From Lytechinus pictus (taxonomy: Eukaryota): 64,000 bases of DNA. The notes beneath the pieces are model-generated. The model had not been told where the DNA came from, made no database searches, and saw nothing but the letters and a program-made list of their open reading frames with translations. This document shows positions 1-14,200 of this stretch, piece after piece; the stretch's first letter is position 1, and each line of letters opens with the position of its first letter. A program made the translations under genes and the position numbers. The stretch covers positions 13,640,001 to 13,704,000 of the forward strand of contig NC_087261.1 of assembly GCF_037042905.1 (NCBI RefSeq). The letters are read 5' to 3'.

Positions 1-830
1 TTTATAGTCTTCATATATTGTTTTGAATACCTTACCTTTATAAATATGCTATACACTGATGTCTTGGAATTGCATTCAACAATGGTTTTATTTCATATTT
101 TTTTCCCATGCCCCATTGATCAACTCATCTCCTCACTGGTAAGAATTGTGTGCAGAACTTGTATGATAAAACTGTGTTTAGAGTGAACGTTGTAATATTC
201 TGTTTTGAGCTTAATCAAAAGCAGTAATTTGATTGGATTCCTTTTGTTTCTTGCACACTCTTCATTAGAGATGAATTGCAGATAGATTTCTAAAATGCCT
301 CTACAAGATTATCTTCAATCTTTTTCCTATGCACTTTTTTGAAGCACATTTCAGCTGTTTTCAGTAATCCAGAAAATGAAACTATGGACGTACATGTACA
401 TGTACTGTATTCTGTATTCGGAGTGGATATACATGTGTTTTCTTTCCTCTTTGAAAAGTGCAGTGTCATTGGATCTCTGAAAGACTCATATATTTCTTGC
501 AGCTTTCATTCTCTGCACTCTTTGTAAATCATATTAAACTTTTCTCTCCTTCACTTTGTGGTAAAGTTACAGATTCTTTCCAAGAAATCTATTTCATGTC
601 GGCACTAAATGAGAGTCGCAAATCGTGTCTGTTTTTCTCTTATGCAAAGTACATGTAGATATGAAAATGTCATTTCTTTTTGACCAACTTATTGTACAGA
701 TTGGGGGCTGTACAGTCATATTGTTGCCCTGTATTTCATGGGAAATGATGCTTAAATTGGATCGTACAGAAAGGATGTGAAATTATTTGTTGTTTGGTTG
801 ATTACCTGTGCTTATTGTCTCCTGCTTTTT

Positions 831-1830
831 GTCTCACCTGCATAGCAGAGTGAGACTATAGGCGCCGCTTTTCCGACGGCGGCGGCGACGGCGGCGGCGG
901 CGGCGACGGCGACGGTGACGGCGGCGGCGACGGCGGCGGCGGCGTCAACACCAAATCTTAACCTGAGGTTAAGTTTTTGAAATGACAGCATAACTTAGAA
1001 AGTATATGGACCTAGTTCATGATACTTGGCCATAAGGTTAATCATGTATTACTGAATATCCTACCTGAGTTTCATGTCACATGACCAAGGTCAAAGGTCA
1101 TTTAGGGTCAATGAACTTAGACCATGTTGGGGGAATCAACATCAAAATCTTAACCTAAGGTTAAGTTTTTGAAATGTCATCATAACTTAGAAAATATATG
1201 GACCTAGTTCATGAAACTTATACATAAGGTTAATCAAGTATCACTGAACATCCTGCATAAGTTTTACATCACATGACCAAGGTCAAAGGTCATTTAGGGT
1301 CAATGAACTTTGGCCGAATTGGGGGTATCTGTTGAATTACAGCCATAAATTTGAAAGTGTGTTGGTCTAGTTCATAAAACTTGGACATAATAGTAATCAA
1401 GTATCACTGAACATCCTGTGCGAGTTTCAGGTCACATGATCAAGGTCAAAGGTCATTTAGGGTCAATGAACTTTGGCCAAATTGGGGTATTTGTTGAATT
1501 ACAGCCATAAATTTGAAAGTGTGTTGGTCTAGTTCATAAAACTTGGACATAATAGTAATCAAGTATCACTGAACATCCTGTGCGAGTTTCAGGTCACATG
1601 ATCAAGGTCAAAGGTCATGTAAGGTCAAAGAACTTTGGCCACGTTGGGGGTATTTGTTGAATTGCCATCATATCTCTAAAGTGTATTGGTCTAGTTCATA
1701 AAACGTGGAAATAAGAGTAACCAAGTATCACTGAACATCTTGTGCGAGTTATAGTAGTTTTAAAAATCAGCACTGCTGCTATATTGAATCGCGTGATGCA
1801 GGTGAGACGGGCAGAGGCATTCCACTTGTT
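831..1830 (+). mobile_element. Non-autonomous Helentron-associated (HINE/DINE-1/Tsp-like) element
   Basis: Subterminal inverted repeats GTCTCACCTGCA (831-842) / TGCAGGTGAGAC (1797-1808), 5' stem-loop (gtgagac), (GGC/GAC)n microsatellite, about 5 internal 175-190 bp tandem units, T-rich flanks, no TSD. Confidence 0.8.
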
Positions 1831-2050
1831 TACATGTAGTAGTCGGGCGAGATTAAAATCTTAGTAACTCTGTTTACTGTATGATTCATTTCATGGAACC
1901 TTCATGTGTCTCCCATTTAACAGCTTTGGGCTTTTATTAAAATAACTGGACAACACATCAGAGTGATCTTTCCCTTTATGCCAATGGGATTTCAGTATTA
2001 AAGCAACAAATAATGACCAACAACACGTATTCATCTCCCTTTTTTTTTAG

Positions 2051-2276
2051 GTTTGGTTCATGGTCTTCCCCACCCTTCCGCTGCTGCTGGCTCTTCCGTT
2101 GTCCCGCCCCTCTCTAATCTCAACTCTCCTCTGATGGAACGCTACCTGCTGCTCCAACAACAACAACAACAATTGCTGCAACAACAACAACAACTGGAAC
2201 ACCAATTACCGCCATCGCTGATAGGACCCAACCAGCTTAACCAGCAGTTGAATAACCCTGTGGTATCTAAACAAGC
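2051..2276 (+). CDS. CSPP1: CSPP1 exon, Gln-rich low-complexity segment
   Basis: Poly-T AG acceptor at 2050, GTGAGT donor at 2277, (CAA)n polyQ tracts; phase 2 joins exon 3167. Confidence 0.75.
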
Positions 2277-5200
2277 GTGAGTTTATTTTAGGTTTACGAT
2301 TTTGGTTCATTTGTAGGTTTGTTTATATTTGTTGCTTGTTTATATACAAGCAAACTGTTGCTGAGCTAGTGCCATGAGCCTCTTCGGCATCGTTTGTGTC
2401 CCAGAGCTGCCAAGTAGTACAGATTTTCTGTAATTAGCACTGAAAAATGAGAAGAATACTGATGGTTTCATGAAGAATACCTATCTAAACGTTTCAGTTG
2501 TAAGTGTTTTCCTTTGGCATTTCTTAGAAAATACTGATTTCCTCACCAAAATACTGATTTTCAGCTTTAAAAATTCTGAAATGATCCTGTTCAGGTTGGC
2601 AGCTCTGGTGCGCTCTTCAAATCTTCACTGTTATTATTGTTCATTGCAGTGTTTACAAGAAAAATATGTGTAATCTAATGTAGATGGGAACTTATTGAAC
2701 AATTGAATATACTCTTTTTTGCTGCAATAAAGTATGTTGAATTATTCAGTCTGTTCTGAACTTGTACCTTGAAAAGGGGTTGTATAAAATTAAAAACTGA
2801 AAGAAGAAAAGGTATCATAGTTTAGTAACCACATTGTCCTATTGATAAAGTTTATAATGTTATTTCAAAGCTATAAAGATATGACAACTTTTTCCCTTGA
2901 ATTATATTCGCTCAGTGAGTTAGAAGTTGTGAGAACATGCTAATAAGTGAATGGTGCTAGGTGGGAATGCATTATATGTTTTGGGGATGGGTTATGATAT
3001 GTCAAAAGAACAAATTTAACATACATGCATATCCATAACAAGACCAAATCAGCTTTGCAGTTAACCACTTTCCAATGGCATTCTTCCATAATATTTTTAA
3101 AACGGGAAATAACTAACAACAATTATTTGCATCATTCTCAAAACCACACAATCTCTTAACATACAGTGCAGCACAGTTTCGTGGAGAAAGTGCTATCAAG
3201 AACTTTGTTGGGGATAGCAACCTCAGCCCCCGGTCCCAGGCAAACACTTCAAGCTACAGAGAACAACTACTTCTCCAGGTAAAACAATGTTGACCTTTGA
3301 ATTTAGATTATCTGTCTCTATCCGCTGTACAGTAGTTAGAATCTGCACACAAATCAAATTGGTCGATTAGGGAAAGTGCTTTGCTCTTGATGACTACAGA
3401 TAGGAATCCTGTTTATTTGAGATTGCTTTACTACATGTATGTTAAATGTAAATAATGATAATATTCATCATGTCATCATTATTGTCTCTTTGTGCTTAAA
3501 ACAGACTTTGAAATTATTACCCTGGTTTTAGCCTAACAATCGTGGTTTTAGCCCAGTGTGCTTGGTTTTTAGCTTAGACCTGATTTCATTAATCATTCAT
3601 TTATCTTTAGATCTTTCTTTGTTGTTTCCAGTACTCCAGGCTTTAACATTCTTTATGGGTTAATGCGACAAAATTGTATATATTGAGTTATATCATTTCA
3701 ATTTTTTAGGTGATTGAATCATATCACATTTGCAATGTACAATGTAATCATCGTGTTTTTTTCATTCTTTGTTCCTTTTTTCTTTAACTTTCCTTTGTAG
3801 ATGAAAGAAAAAGAAGCCAAGAAGAACGCAGATATCGCAGCACGAGCCGCTTATGAAGCGAAACAAGAGAAGGAGATAGAAATCTATGACCCTTGGGGGA
3901 AAGGAGGGGGTGGAGCTCCGATGAGAGATAAGCAAGGCAAGATTGTTGGTAAGTTGATTTGCATTATTAATTTCCATTAAGAATAATGTTGACAAATTAT
4001 TGATACCTGACAAGTTTTGCACTTAACACTGAAGGGTTTACACATCGATGACAGATAAGCAAGGCAAGATTGTTGGTAAGTTGATTTGCATTATTCATTT
4101 CCATTAAGAATAATGTTGACAAATTATTGATACCTGACAAGTTTTGCGTTAACACTGAAGGGTTTACACATTGCAGTCAATTGTTTTTACAGACAGGAAA
4201 TTCTCATTTTTATTTCAAAGTTGACCACCACTTTGATATTTTCATATGATGAGGGGAGCGTTTCATCAATACTTTTTATCCAAGAATTTGTCAGATCAGA
4301 CAACTTTCCTTGATTTTCATTGGCTGAGAAGCACAGTTCTTATTGTAAATGTTGCGTAAAACATACTTTGTTGGATAAAATATCTGACAACTTCTCAAAT
4401 TAAATGCCCCCTTGTAAAGTAAATCACAACAATTATGCATTGTAAAAGTTCATCTTATTTCATAATTTAATAGCTCTGGTAATAACATCATTTGTTTTCT
4501 ATTTTGAATGACAGCTGACCTGAAACAGTTGCATAATCGAAATGAGACTATTCTGAATGACCCTAACCGCAAGGATCTTCAGCTGTATGCAGGATCAGCC
4601 AATGCCCCTCCCACTAATCCAGGTATGTGGATATGATTAATAAGGGGCAGAAAAGCATGGTGTCATGATGAGGAGGAGGAGGAGGGTGATGATGATAATG
4701 AAGTTGATGATGATGATGATGATGATAATGCTGATACTGAAGATGATGTTGATGTTCATANNNNNNNNNNNNNNNNNNNNNNNNNNNNNNNNNNNNNNNN
4801 NNNNNNNNNNNNNNNNNNNNNNNNNNNNNNNNNNNNNNNNNNNNNNNNNNNNNNNNNNNNNNNNNNNNNNNNNNNNNNNNNNNNNNNNNNNNNNNNNNNN
4901 NNNNNNNNNGATGCTAATGATGATGATTATGATATTGATGATGTTGATGCATATGATGATTATGAAGTTGATGATGATGATGATGATGATGATGAAAGTG
5001 ATGATGATGATGATGAAAGTGATGATGGTGATGATAATAATCATGATATTGATGCTAATGATGATGTCGATATGACTGCTGCTGATGATGATGACCATGA
5101 TAATGATTAAGAAGAGGGTGATGAGGAGAAGGAGGAGTAGGAAGGGGTGATGAGTAGGATGAAAAGGGGAAAAAGATGGCATTTTTTTATTATGCGAATA

Positions 5201-8200
5201 TGCTAACTTTGTTTGGTTCATACCATCCTTCTCTCTGATATTAGCTGCAGCTCAAGGCCCTGGTCAGGAGGTATCCCCACTCCTAGCAGCAGCTGCATCA
5301 GCTGGAGTAGGGTCAGGACCAGCTCCTGGACCTACATATGGTAAGATCAAAGGCTCGATCACAGGGCCAACTTCAGATCCAGTAGCAGATTCTAATAGGA
5401 ACGAATATCAGGACCAGTTGAGACAACAGGTAAAACTCACTTCATGCAAAATCATTTTTAAAACATTGATTCACCCAAGACACAAGTTGATGCGTAGGTA
5501 CTGTCGTAAGGTATCTGATTTCATTCTGGATGAATAAAAAAAATATATAATTCATACAAAGATTTGACAATCAAGATATGTAATCCCATTGAGAAAATAA
5601 GGTAATAAAGCATATCAGAGAATACAAAAAATATAATAACATGATAATTATTTAGCAACTTGTTGAACAAACTTGATATCAAATATATGCCCAATGATCA
5701 ACTTTAGCATCATTATTTGAAAGGAACTAGCATGTTTATGACTGGTATTTAATTTCTTTTTTCCACCCTGAAACATACATTAAAAAAAATGAATGAGTAT
5801 AAACTGCAAATGGAATTTTCTTTTTGAAGAATCATACAAGAAGAACTTCTTCGGAATAAGGGGAATTAAGAAAAAAAAATGTTGCTATCCTTTGTTCTGG
5901 AGATTAATAATTTGTCTTTCTTTTCCTATGTACATATTGTTTATGTATCTCTTGAATGTCTGCAGGTTGAAGAAAAGAAGAGGAGAGAGTTGGAAGAGAA
6001 GGAGAAGATAAGACTGGAAGAAGAAAAAGAAGAGAGAAGGCTCGCAGCACAGAGAGAGCGCATCCAGAGGGAATATGACGCAGAGTTAGAGAGAAAGAAA
6101 CAGAAAGAAGAAGTGGTTAGTGACTTCATTCTTCATTTCAAAACTTATATTTAGACTTATTGGGAATGCCCCATAAGTCTAAATATAAGAAACTTGCGAT
6201 CAATCGCAAGTCTATTTTTGGTCCCTAAATTGATCATACTGTACATCTTGCAATTACATGTAAATTTGGGCTTGATTACTGGGTCCCGTCTGACAAAGAG
6301 TTACGATCGATCCAAACAATCATAACTCTAAGGAAATCCATCAGTGTCATAATTTTTTATACAGGAAATTTGCAAAATGTCCTTTGTAAACAAAGGAGAA
6401 CACACCAAATTGTCAAGAAATCAATGAATTTATGGATATACAATGTACATTCATATCTAGATTTTTTTCTGAACAAATATGCATTTTATATGTTGACTTT
6501 GTTGGCTTTCCATAGTTGCGATTGATCAGATCAATGGCAACTCTTTGTAAGACGGGGCTCTGATCTGCTTCTTGCATTAAGGAGTGTTCTCTGATTGGCT
6601 GCAGCTAAAATTGATCTATCACTTGTAAAATTCCAACAGAATATTTGCAAATGATTGCTAATATTTTTTTTGCAACACCCCATACTGAAGTGGTACAGCA
6701 TAAATTTTCTTTTTGTGCATTTCAGTCTTTTAATGAAAGCACTCAGGATGAATAAGGTCCAGATACCGATTTTGACATGAATTGATTCATGGTGGTGAAC
6801 GTAGTTCTACTGTTGCTGTGGCAAAAGAATGAAACAAGGTTCCCATTAGATTGAGATCTGAAACTTCTCGTCATAGATTTAAGAAACAGTTGAAACTAAC
6901 TTGTATCCAGTATAGATGTACATGTAGCTTCTAAGTGTTGTAAATTGATCTACAGTGTAAACGCTATGATATAGTGTGCTATGTATAGCGTTCCTAAATG
7001 CCTTATTTATTATTATTATTACTATTATTATGGTGACCTAAAAGAGAATGCTAGTTCTACCTCACTATCCTTACGTTATTATTTTTCTATTTTTGCAGCA
7101 AAGAAAACAGAAGGAGGATTTGGAGAAACAGCTAGAGGATAAGAGAAAAGAATCAGAGGCAAAGAAGAAGGAAGCCAACGAGAAAAGAAGGAGAGAAGCG
7201 GAAGAGAAACTCAGACATAGAGATATAAATCATAATGTTAATAACCTTTCGGTGAGTTACACATTTTCAATGCTAAATGTATCTGTATTTTATGCTTGTT
7301 CAAGACAAATTACATGTTTAACAAGTTAACGTACTTACAAAAAAAAATTGTCCCGAACCGCAGGACAAACGTGTGGCACCATTGAACATTACCTGTGACT
7401 GTAGCATGCTATACATGTAATGGATAACATTTAGTGATGATATAAAAAGGTCTCTGGACTTTAACCGCAAGGTACAAGGTTCAAATCCCATTACAGCACT
7501 GGTGACCTTTGGTTAATTGTTTATCTACATTTGCCACTCTCCATCCAGGTTTAGTAAATCAGTGACCAGTAGGAACAAATTCTTAGAATGATAGAGCACC
7601 TTATCAATGTAGCTGTGTTGAAAGCAGGGTAACAGTATGCAGCACTTAGAAACACTGCATGAAGCACTATATAACTCTTGAACATTATTATTAATATTAT
7701 TACTATTGTTGTTGCTGTTTCTATTATTATTGTAATTATTATGTTATTATAAAACCATTACAATGCCGTGATTTGTCTGTGAAACTTTGGACCAAGTTTT
7801 CAGGCAGAAGGATATGATACATGTTAAAGGCACAAGTGGGGCTATTTGTTTCGCAGTATCTGAATACTGTTAGTAATGTTCATACACTCATTACATCGTA
7901 TCTAAAGGATGCTCATAGCAATTTTATTTTCACCTCTGTAACATACATGTTCTTGTTGCATTATTTTATATTCCTTAGTTACCAAGAGGATCATCCCCAC
8001 CAATCCCAGCACTTAGAACCAAGGAACCAGAGGTATGTAATAAAATTCCTTCAATTGTGTGGATTCACAATACGGTGCGCCATCTATTGGTTGCAGTGGA
8101 CAGGCCAAAACTCGCAATGCCTTTATTATGGGAAAAAATTCTACATCTGTTGCGTTGCGTGCTAGTGCATGTACATGTATGCAATTATGCTAGTCGACTT

Positions 8201-11200
8201 AGCTCAACCGGCTTGCATACAATGTTTGCTAGGATCCAGGAGAATGGAGAGAAATTCGTTGCGAATTTCTTTCCGAAATTAAGAACATTTTCGGTGAATT
8301 CTTCCTCCGCTTTTGCCAAATCGTTTTCATTTTTTAAGCATCTCGGTCACATTACATTACACTAGCACTGTGCACTGCCAGTGCCTGCGCGCCCGCTGTC
8401 GATCCCGAAGTTAGAAATTTGGCCTGTTGGCTGGAACCAATAGATGGCGCACCATATTGTGAATCCACCAAATTGAATTATAGATACCTGTACGTTCTCG
8501 ATTCATTCCATTCAATTAAATTTATTAATTTTGATGATATTTAAATGTGTCCATAATTTAGCACCTTCTTACCTTCAGGTAAACTTAACCAATCCAAATG
8601 ATGTACATAAACATCATACCAGACAGAGAGACAGTGGATATTTACGCGTGCCCAAGTTTCGCACTGATTGTTATAAGTGTAGTCCAATCGTATCTTCAAT
8701 ATTTAAATGGAATAAGCTTGATAATTCAATTAGAACAGCTCCTTCTGTCATTTCATTTAAGAGAATGTTTAAAAGAACTTGTAATTTATAAATAACTTGG
8801 GGAACATCCACTGTTGTGCTTATTTTGTGTTAGCATGACCTTGATGATTTGGTGTATATTATCAGTATTTTCAAGATGTCCTTCTTAATTAATTTGATTT
8901 ATTGATATTTTATTATACGTCAAACGAGTGCCCGTCTGCGTTTTGTTTGCTGCTAAGTTTGTTAATGTTTCGTTTTACATTCAAATCCTAATGTGAATCT
9001 TAATGATGTAACATTCTGTACATACGTTATGCATTTTGTAAATATGTTTATTGTTATTCAGGGCCTCATGGAAGACCACTACTTATTGGTGAATGGGCTA
9101 CCCTGTCAAAATATCAGAAATAAATAAATAAATGAATTAACATTCTCAATGAAAAAAAGTAAAGTATATTCAAGTATAAATTCTTTTACATTCTACAATT
9201 AGTGCAGTTCAATTCAATGTCTTTACAATCTCCATAAAAAGGGAAAAGTACGTACAAGTATGTACATTCTACAATGAATTGAATTTAATTCATTTACATC
9301 CTCAATAAAAAAAACAGGAAGATTTTGATGTACATGAAATAGAAAAACGGAGCTTTGTCACAGCATACAAAACGTGTTGATGATAATGATTTTTTGTAAA
9401 AAGGAGAGTAAAAAAACATGTTATCTTCTGCTTTTCATTATTTCAGCGCAGAGTGAGACTATGGCCTACATGTACATGTATAAAACATGTTTTTCTGTAT
9501 TTGCGTGATCCAAATAAACTGCCCATCTTAAACCTACAAGTATGATTCTGCATATAGGTGCCAGTGTCTTACTTAAATGCAATCAATATTTCCTGCTTTC
9601 CATTATTGTAGAGCAGAGTGAGACTATGGCTTATAATTTAAACTAGACTTCTGAATACGGCTACAGAGTTCAAGATTTCTTTGCAATATCCAAATAAACA
9701 CTGTGGCCCATATTCTGAAGTCGGGGTTCAACTCAGGATTAAAGTTGTGGTTTAAGTATGGATAGCCAATTGTTACATAAATCACTAACAGGAAGATATC
9801 ATATTTCAACTCATTTGGCTCTTAAATCATTCATAATTGTCTAGGAAGTATAAATAGATGAATGTCTTCACCATTGAAGAATCGGGAAAGAGCACAGTAA
9901 ATATAAGAAACATACAACTTAATAAAAATTTTGACACTCTTGGCTTCCCATAATTTTAGCACAGAGTTAGACCATGGTGTAAGTTAAACCTGACCTCAGA
10001 ATACGGGCCTGTATATCCAAACCTATACATATAGATGTTGAGGTTTTATTTTGATGTCATTAATATTCATTTCAGTTACAGAGAATATCGTCTCCACCCA
10101 TCCCAACTCATCAAAAGAAAGAAGACAGAGAAACGAAGAGGCAACCTCCAGAGCCAGCCAGAAGGGTAATTCAAACATTCTCCACACATTGTTAAATTCC
10201 ATTCCATTAATAAATGGGAGTTGACCCTGAGGTCAGTTGGTTTCAAAACAAGTGGGACAAAATGAGAGAAAATATAATTGGAAGCTTGACAACAAACCAT
10301 TAAAAGATAACAGAGTTATAAATATTTAATGTCTTCATTTTCTGATGCCAGATATGAGCAGCGCTCCCATGTGTCACACCGGACGTAGCTTGAAGATTCA
10401 TAACTGTTCGATTCTATATGGATTTTGGTCAACCCTCTTTAATTTGTCTGTTTTATTCAAACCAATTTGATGTCAGCGTTAGCATCCAATTAAATTTCAT
10501 TCCATATTTCATGGCAGTAGGAATATTGAGCATTTGATTGTGATCTTTTAGTACAATATCCCAACTCCTATCATGTCTATGCTATTTAATAAGTATATAC
10601 ATATACACTGTAATGCAACATGTCACCATGATGAATGTCCATAATCTTTTATGTACTGAAGCATTGGAATATATATAAAGAAAATGCAAATCACTCACAT
10701 TTCTTAGAACAAGAAGATGCTATTTTTTGTAATTTTATTTTATTTTTTGCATATTGCATACTGGAATGTTCTTAGGTTACATTTCATACTTCGCATGTTA
10801 ATTAAAAAAGCATGAGTTGCTGTTCCTTTCAATTTTTTATTTGAATTGCAATTTTCCAATGTTCATTTCATGGTTTAGTTTCATTTGAATGCTTGCAGTT
10901 TGTTACTGTTGATATTTTGAAACATACTACGTGCATGCTTACAAATATTCACAGCATCATTGTTTCGCTTGCTAACCTTCCTTTATAAATCAGAGTACAC
11001 AGTCCCCACCCGTTCCTACTCTACAAAAGAAAGAGAAAAAGGTTGTTGATCCAGACTCAAAGGTATGATTCTGTGGTGTGTACAGTGTAGAGCTTCCTCC
11101 TTCTATTTTTATCCTCTTCAGACTCACTACATATCTTTTGTCCCTCTGTTCTTCCTTTTATCAATCCCACTCTTCCTCCACTGACCCATCCCTCCTTCAT

Positions 11201-14200
11201 TCCTTATGTTCATCNNNNNNNNNNNNNNNNNNNNNNNNNNNNNNNNNNNNNNNNNNNNNNNNNNNNNNNNNNNNNNNNNNNNNNNNNNNNNNNNNNNNNN
11301 NNNNNNNNNNNNNNNNNNNNNNNNNNNNNNNNNNNNNNNNNNNNNNNNNNNNNNNNNNNNNNNNNNNNNNNNNNNNNNNNNNNNNNNNNNNNNNNNNNNN
11401 NNNNNNNNNNNNNNNNNNNNNNNNNNNNNNNNNNNNNNNNNNNNNNNNNNNNNNNNNNNNNNNNNNNNNNNNNNNNNNNNNNNNNNNNNNNNNNNNNNNN
11501 NNNNNNNNNNNNNNNNNNNNNNNNNNNNNNNNNNNNNNNNNNNNNNNNNNNNNNNNNNNNNNNNNNNNNNNNNNNNNNNNNNNNNNNNNNNNNNNNNNNN
11601 NNNNNNNNNNNNNNNNNNNNNNNNNNNNNNNNNNNNNNNNNNNNNNNNNNNNNNNNNNCATCTCATTGTCCATTTCATTATGTATTTTTTTATCTGTATA
11701 TGAATGCGTAAAGCTCCATGCAGCATTATACACAGTACATGTACATATTTATAGCTTTGTTATCAGTAACTTAATTTTACCGACATGTGGAGTACTTGTG
11801 AACTAATAAAATGCATGATAAATCAGTCCATTAGAATGAAATATTTACCACTCTGCTCTCCATTTATTCTTTTGAAATGAAATCCAATTTATATTTATCG
11901 TCATGCATCAATGTACGGCAACTACATGTATACATGTACATGTACACTGTTTGTAATTTGAATCGTACAGATCTTTCAGCTTATTCAACTTGCACATTTT
12001 ATATTTATTTTCATGAATGTCTACGAAGTACATGTAGATCTGAGTATACTTATCTTCTTTCCTCTTGTCCCTTTTAAATATTTATACGTATATAGTGTGG
12101 TTAATATTTGTGCAAAATGATGCATACACAAGTCTACTCGCATGATTCTAGAGATCTTCCTTATAGCCATGTTCCAGTCACAAAGTTTTGTTTAAGATAT
12201 CTTTGAATATTCAGACTGTAATACTCTGTATAATTACGTTACATAATTTATCTATGCGAAGCTAATTTTCATGTACCTTAGCCCTTGCGTTTTATTTTCC
12301 ACTATATGTGCACATTCCTCTTTCTGCTATGGCATGCTTACAATGTAAAAGGAGAACGGGGATAGGACTGATAGGTCTGAAAGGAGAGGCTCTCGCAGAC
12401 AGTCCCTTGCACCCGAACAGGGTGACGGTGATCTTCAGAAAACCCCTCGGAAGGGACCATCACGAAACGAAGAGGGGGAAAGAACGAAACGATCACGTAG
12501 ACCTCGTAAAGGACCGCCTCCCGAGGACGATGTTGATGAGAATGATGAGGGAGAGATATCCCCAGATAAGACCGGTCTGGAGGAAGAAGGAGCGCAAACA
12601 AAGAGGTCCCGCAGACCTCGTAAAGAACGCCCTCCTGGCGATGATGCTGATGATGGGGAAATTTCCCCAGCTAAAACAGACAGGACAAGACGATCACGCA
12701 GGCCTCGGAAAGAGCCGACACCCAATGACGATGAAGAACCGCAGCGAGACGAAGAAACCCCGCGGGATGAGGAAAGAATAGATGGAGTGGAAACATCGCG
12801 GAAACCTCGTAAAAGGCGCCCTCGTCCAAAACAAGGAGAAGATCCTTCAAGTGAGAAGCCTTCGGATCTTCGAAGGAAGTCTGTCCAGGAAAGGGCACGG
12901 ATCTTCCCACCAAAGGAAATCCCTCAGGAACATGCTGAACTTGATCCACTTGATAAGTTACGGAACCCCACCACTATACATGTACCTGTCAAGTCCAATC
13001 ACCCTAGGGTCATACCCGATGAGAATGCTAGACTCAGTCCTATGGACAAGCTAAGAACACACTATCCAGATGAACCACAAAAGCCAGTAAGATCTAGCTA
13101 GTCCTCCTGACTCCTAACCTGTATTCTAATACTAACAGCTTCCTTTCTTGGAAGTTCACACATGGAATAGCAACAAGGATCTACACACGCACACACAATT
13201 AAATTCTTACTAGAGAGTATTAACAGTGTTTTATTAATACACATACCAGTTGACGTGTTATGCAAGATTATATTGCAATACATAATATTAAACTTGCTTC
13301 CCCAGTAGTTCCCATGTCCTGCACATGTGCATGAACTGTTCAGGCATAAAACAGTCTACATGTAATAGGATTTTTTGAATATTACCCAAGTTTGAAACAG
13401 CGTCATCTTAGTGTAGATACTAACCATCGCACTTGCTGTGTGATCAAAGTAAAACGTTTCTTGTCTCATCAATACTTAACAAGCAGGGACGATGCTGCAA
13501 TATCTTGATAATGTAGGGCAAGACGATATACATTTTCTTGTAAAGGGGATATTATTTCCCAATTGAAACAGAGAAATATAGGGTTACATGTACATGTAGC
13601 TACATGACCCAGAAATCACTTTTTAATACTCTTCTTTCTTCCTTTTCTTCTAATTATATTTCACCGCTTGGTTATCATAGAGGGGTGTAGTCTCCCTCCC
13701 CACCCTATTGTGCAGCCCCAGTCGACACAGATCGGCTTCATACCTGACCCTCCCTATATAGAGTCATTATTCCCTCAATACACTGTATCTTAACCAGTTT
13801 GATTTTACTAATCATATTGCATCAACTAATGAACTTATTTGATTATCTTATTACTGAAACTAGGAAATGTTAGATAAATGATAGCAATGAATTAATTATC
13901 ATAGTGAATTGAACAATAAGAATTCTGCAGATCTATGTAAAAATGGTATCTAGAAAGAGAGAAAACAAAAACAGAACTTTGTAATGGCCTACAGTTGTAC
14001 ATCTCTGTCATATTGATTTTTTTGGGGGAAAATGCAACTTACATGTGTAGCCCTACAAATTAGGCTCTGATCGACCACTTCAGTAGTTTTCATATTCAAA
14101 TTATCAATATGCTGTGTCAATGCCCATTGAAGGATAATAGCAAGTGGATTATTTCCTTTGCAATTAGTTCTAGTGTTGTTTTTTTCACAATATTTGTTGT

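Noticed and set aside
4637-5221. Long poly-Ile/poly-Met ORFs on both strands
   Set aside because: Translations of a (GAT)n microsatellite across an N gap.
11078-11806. ORFs of 165-242 aa
   Set aside because: Open only because of the N gap. The gap could still hide further exons.
12308-12949. Overlapping alternative-frame and antisense ORFs over the large exon
   Set aside because: Expected by-products of a GC/purine-rich repetitive exon; only the 12352 frame fits the splice phases.
13681-13770. Possible extra exon after tag at 13680
   Set aside because: Hits an in-frame stop with no convincing donor.
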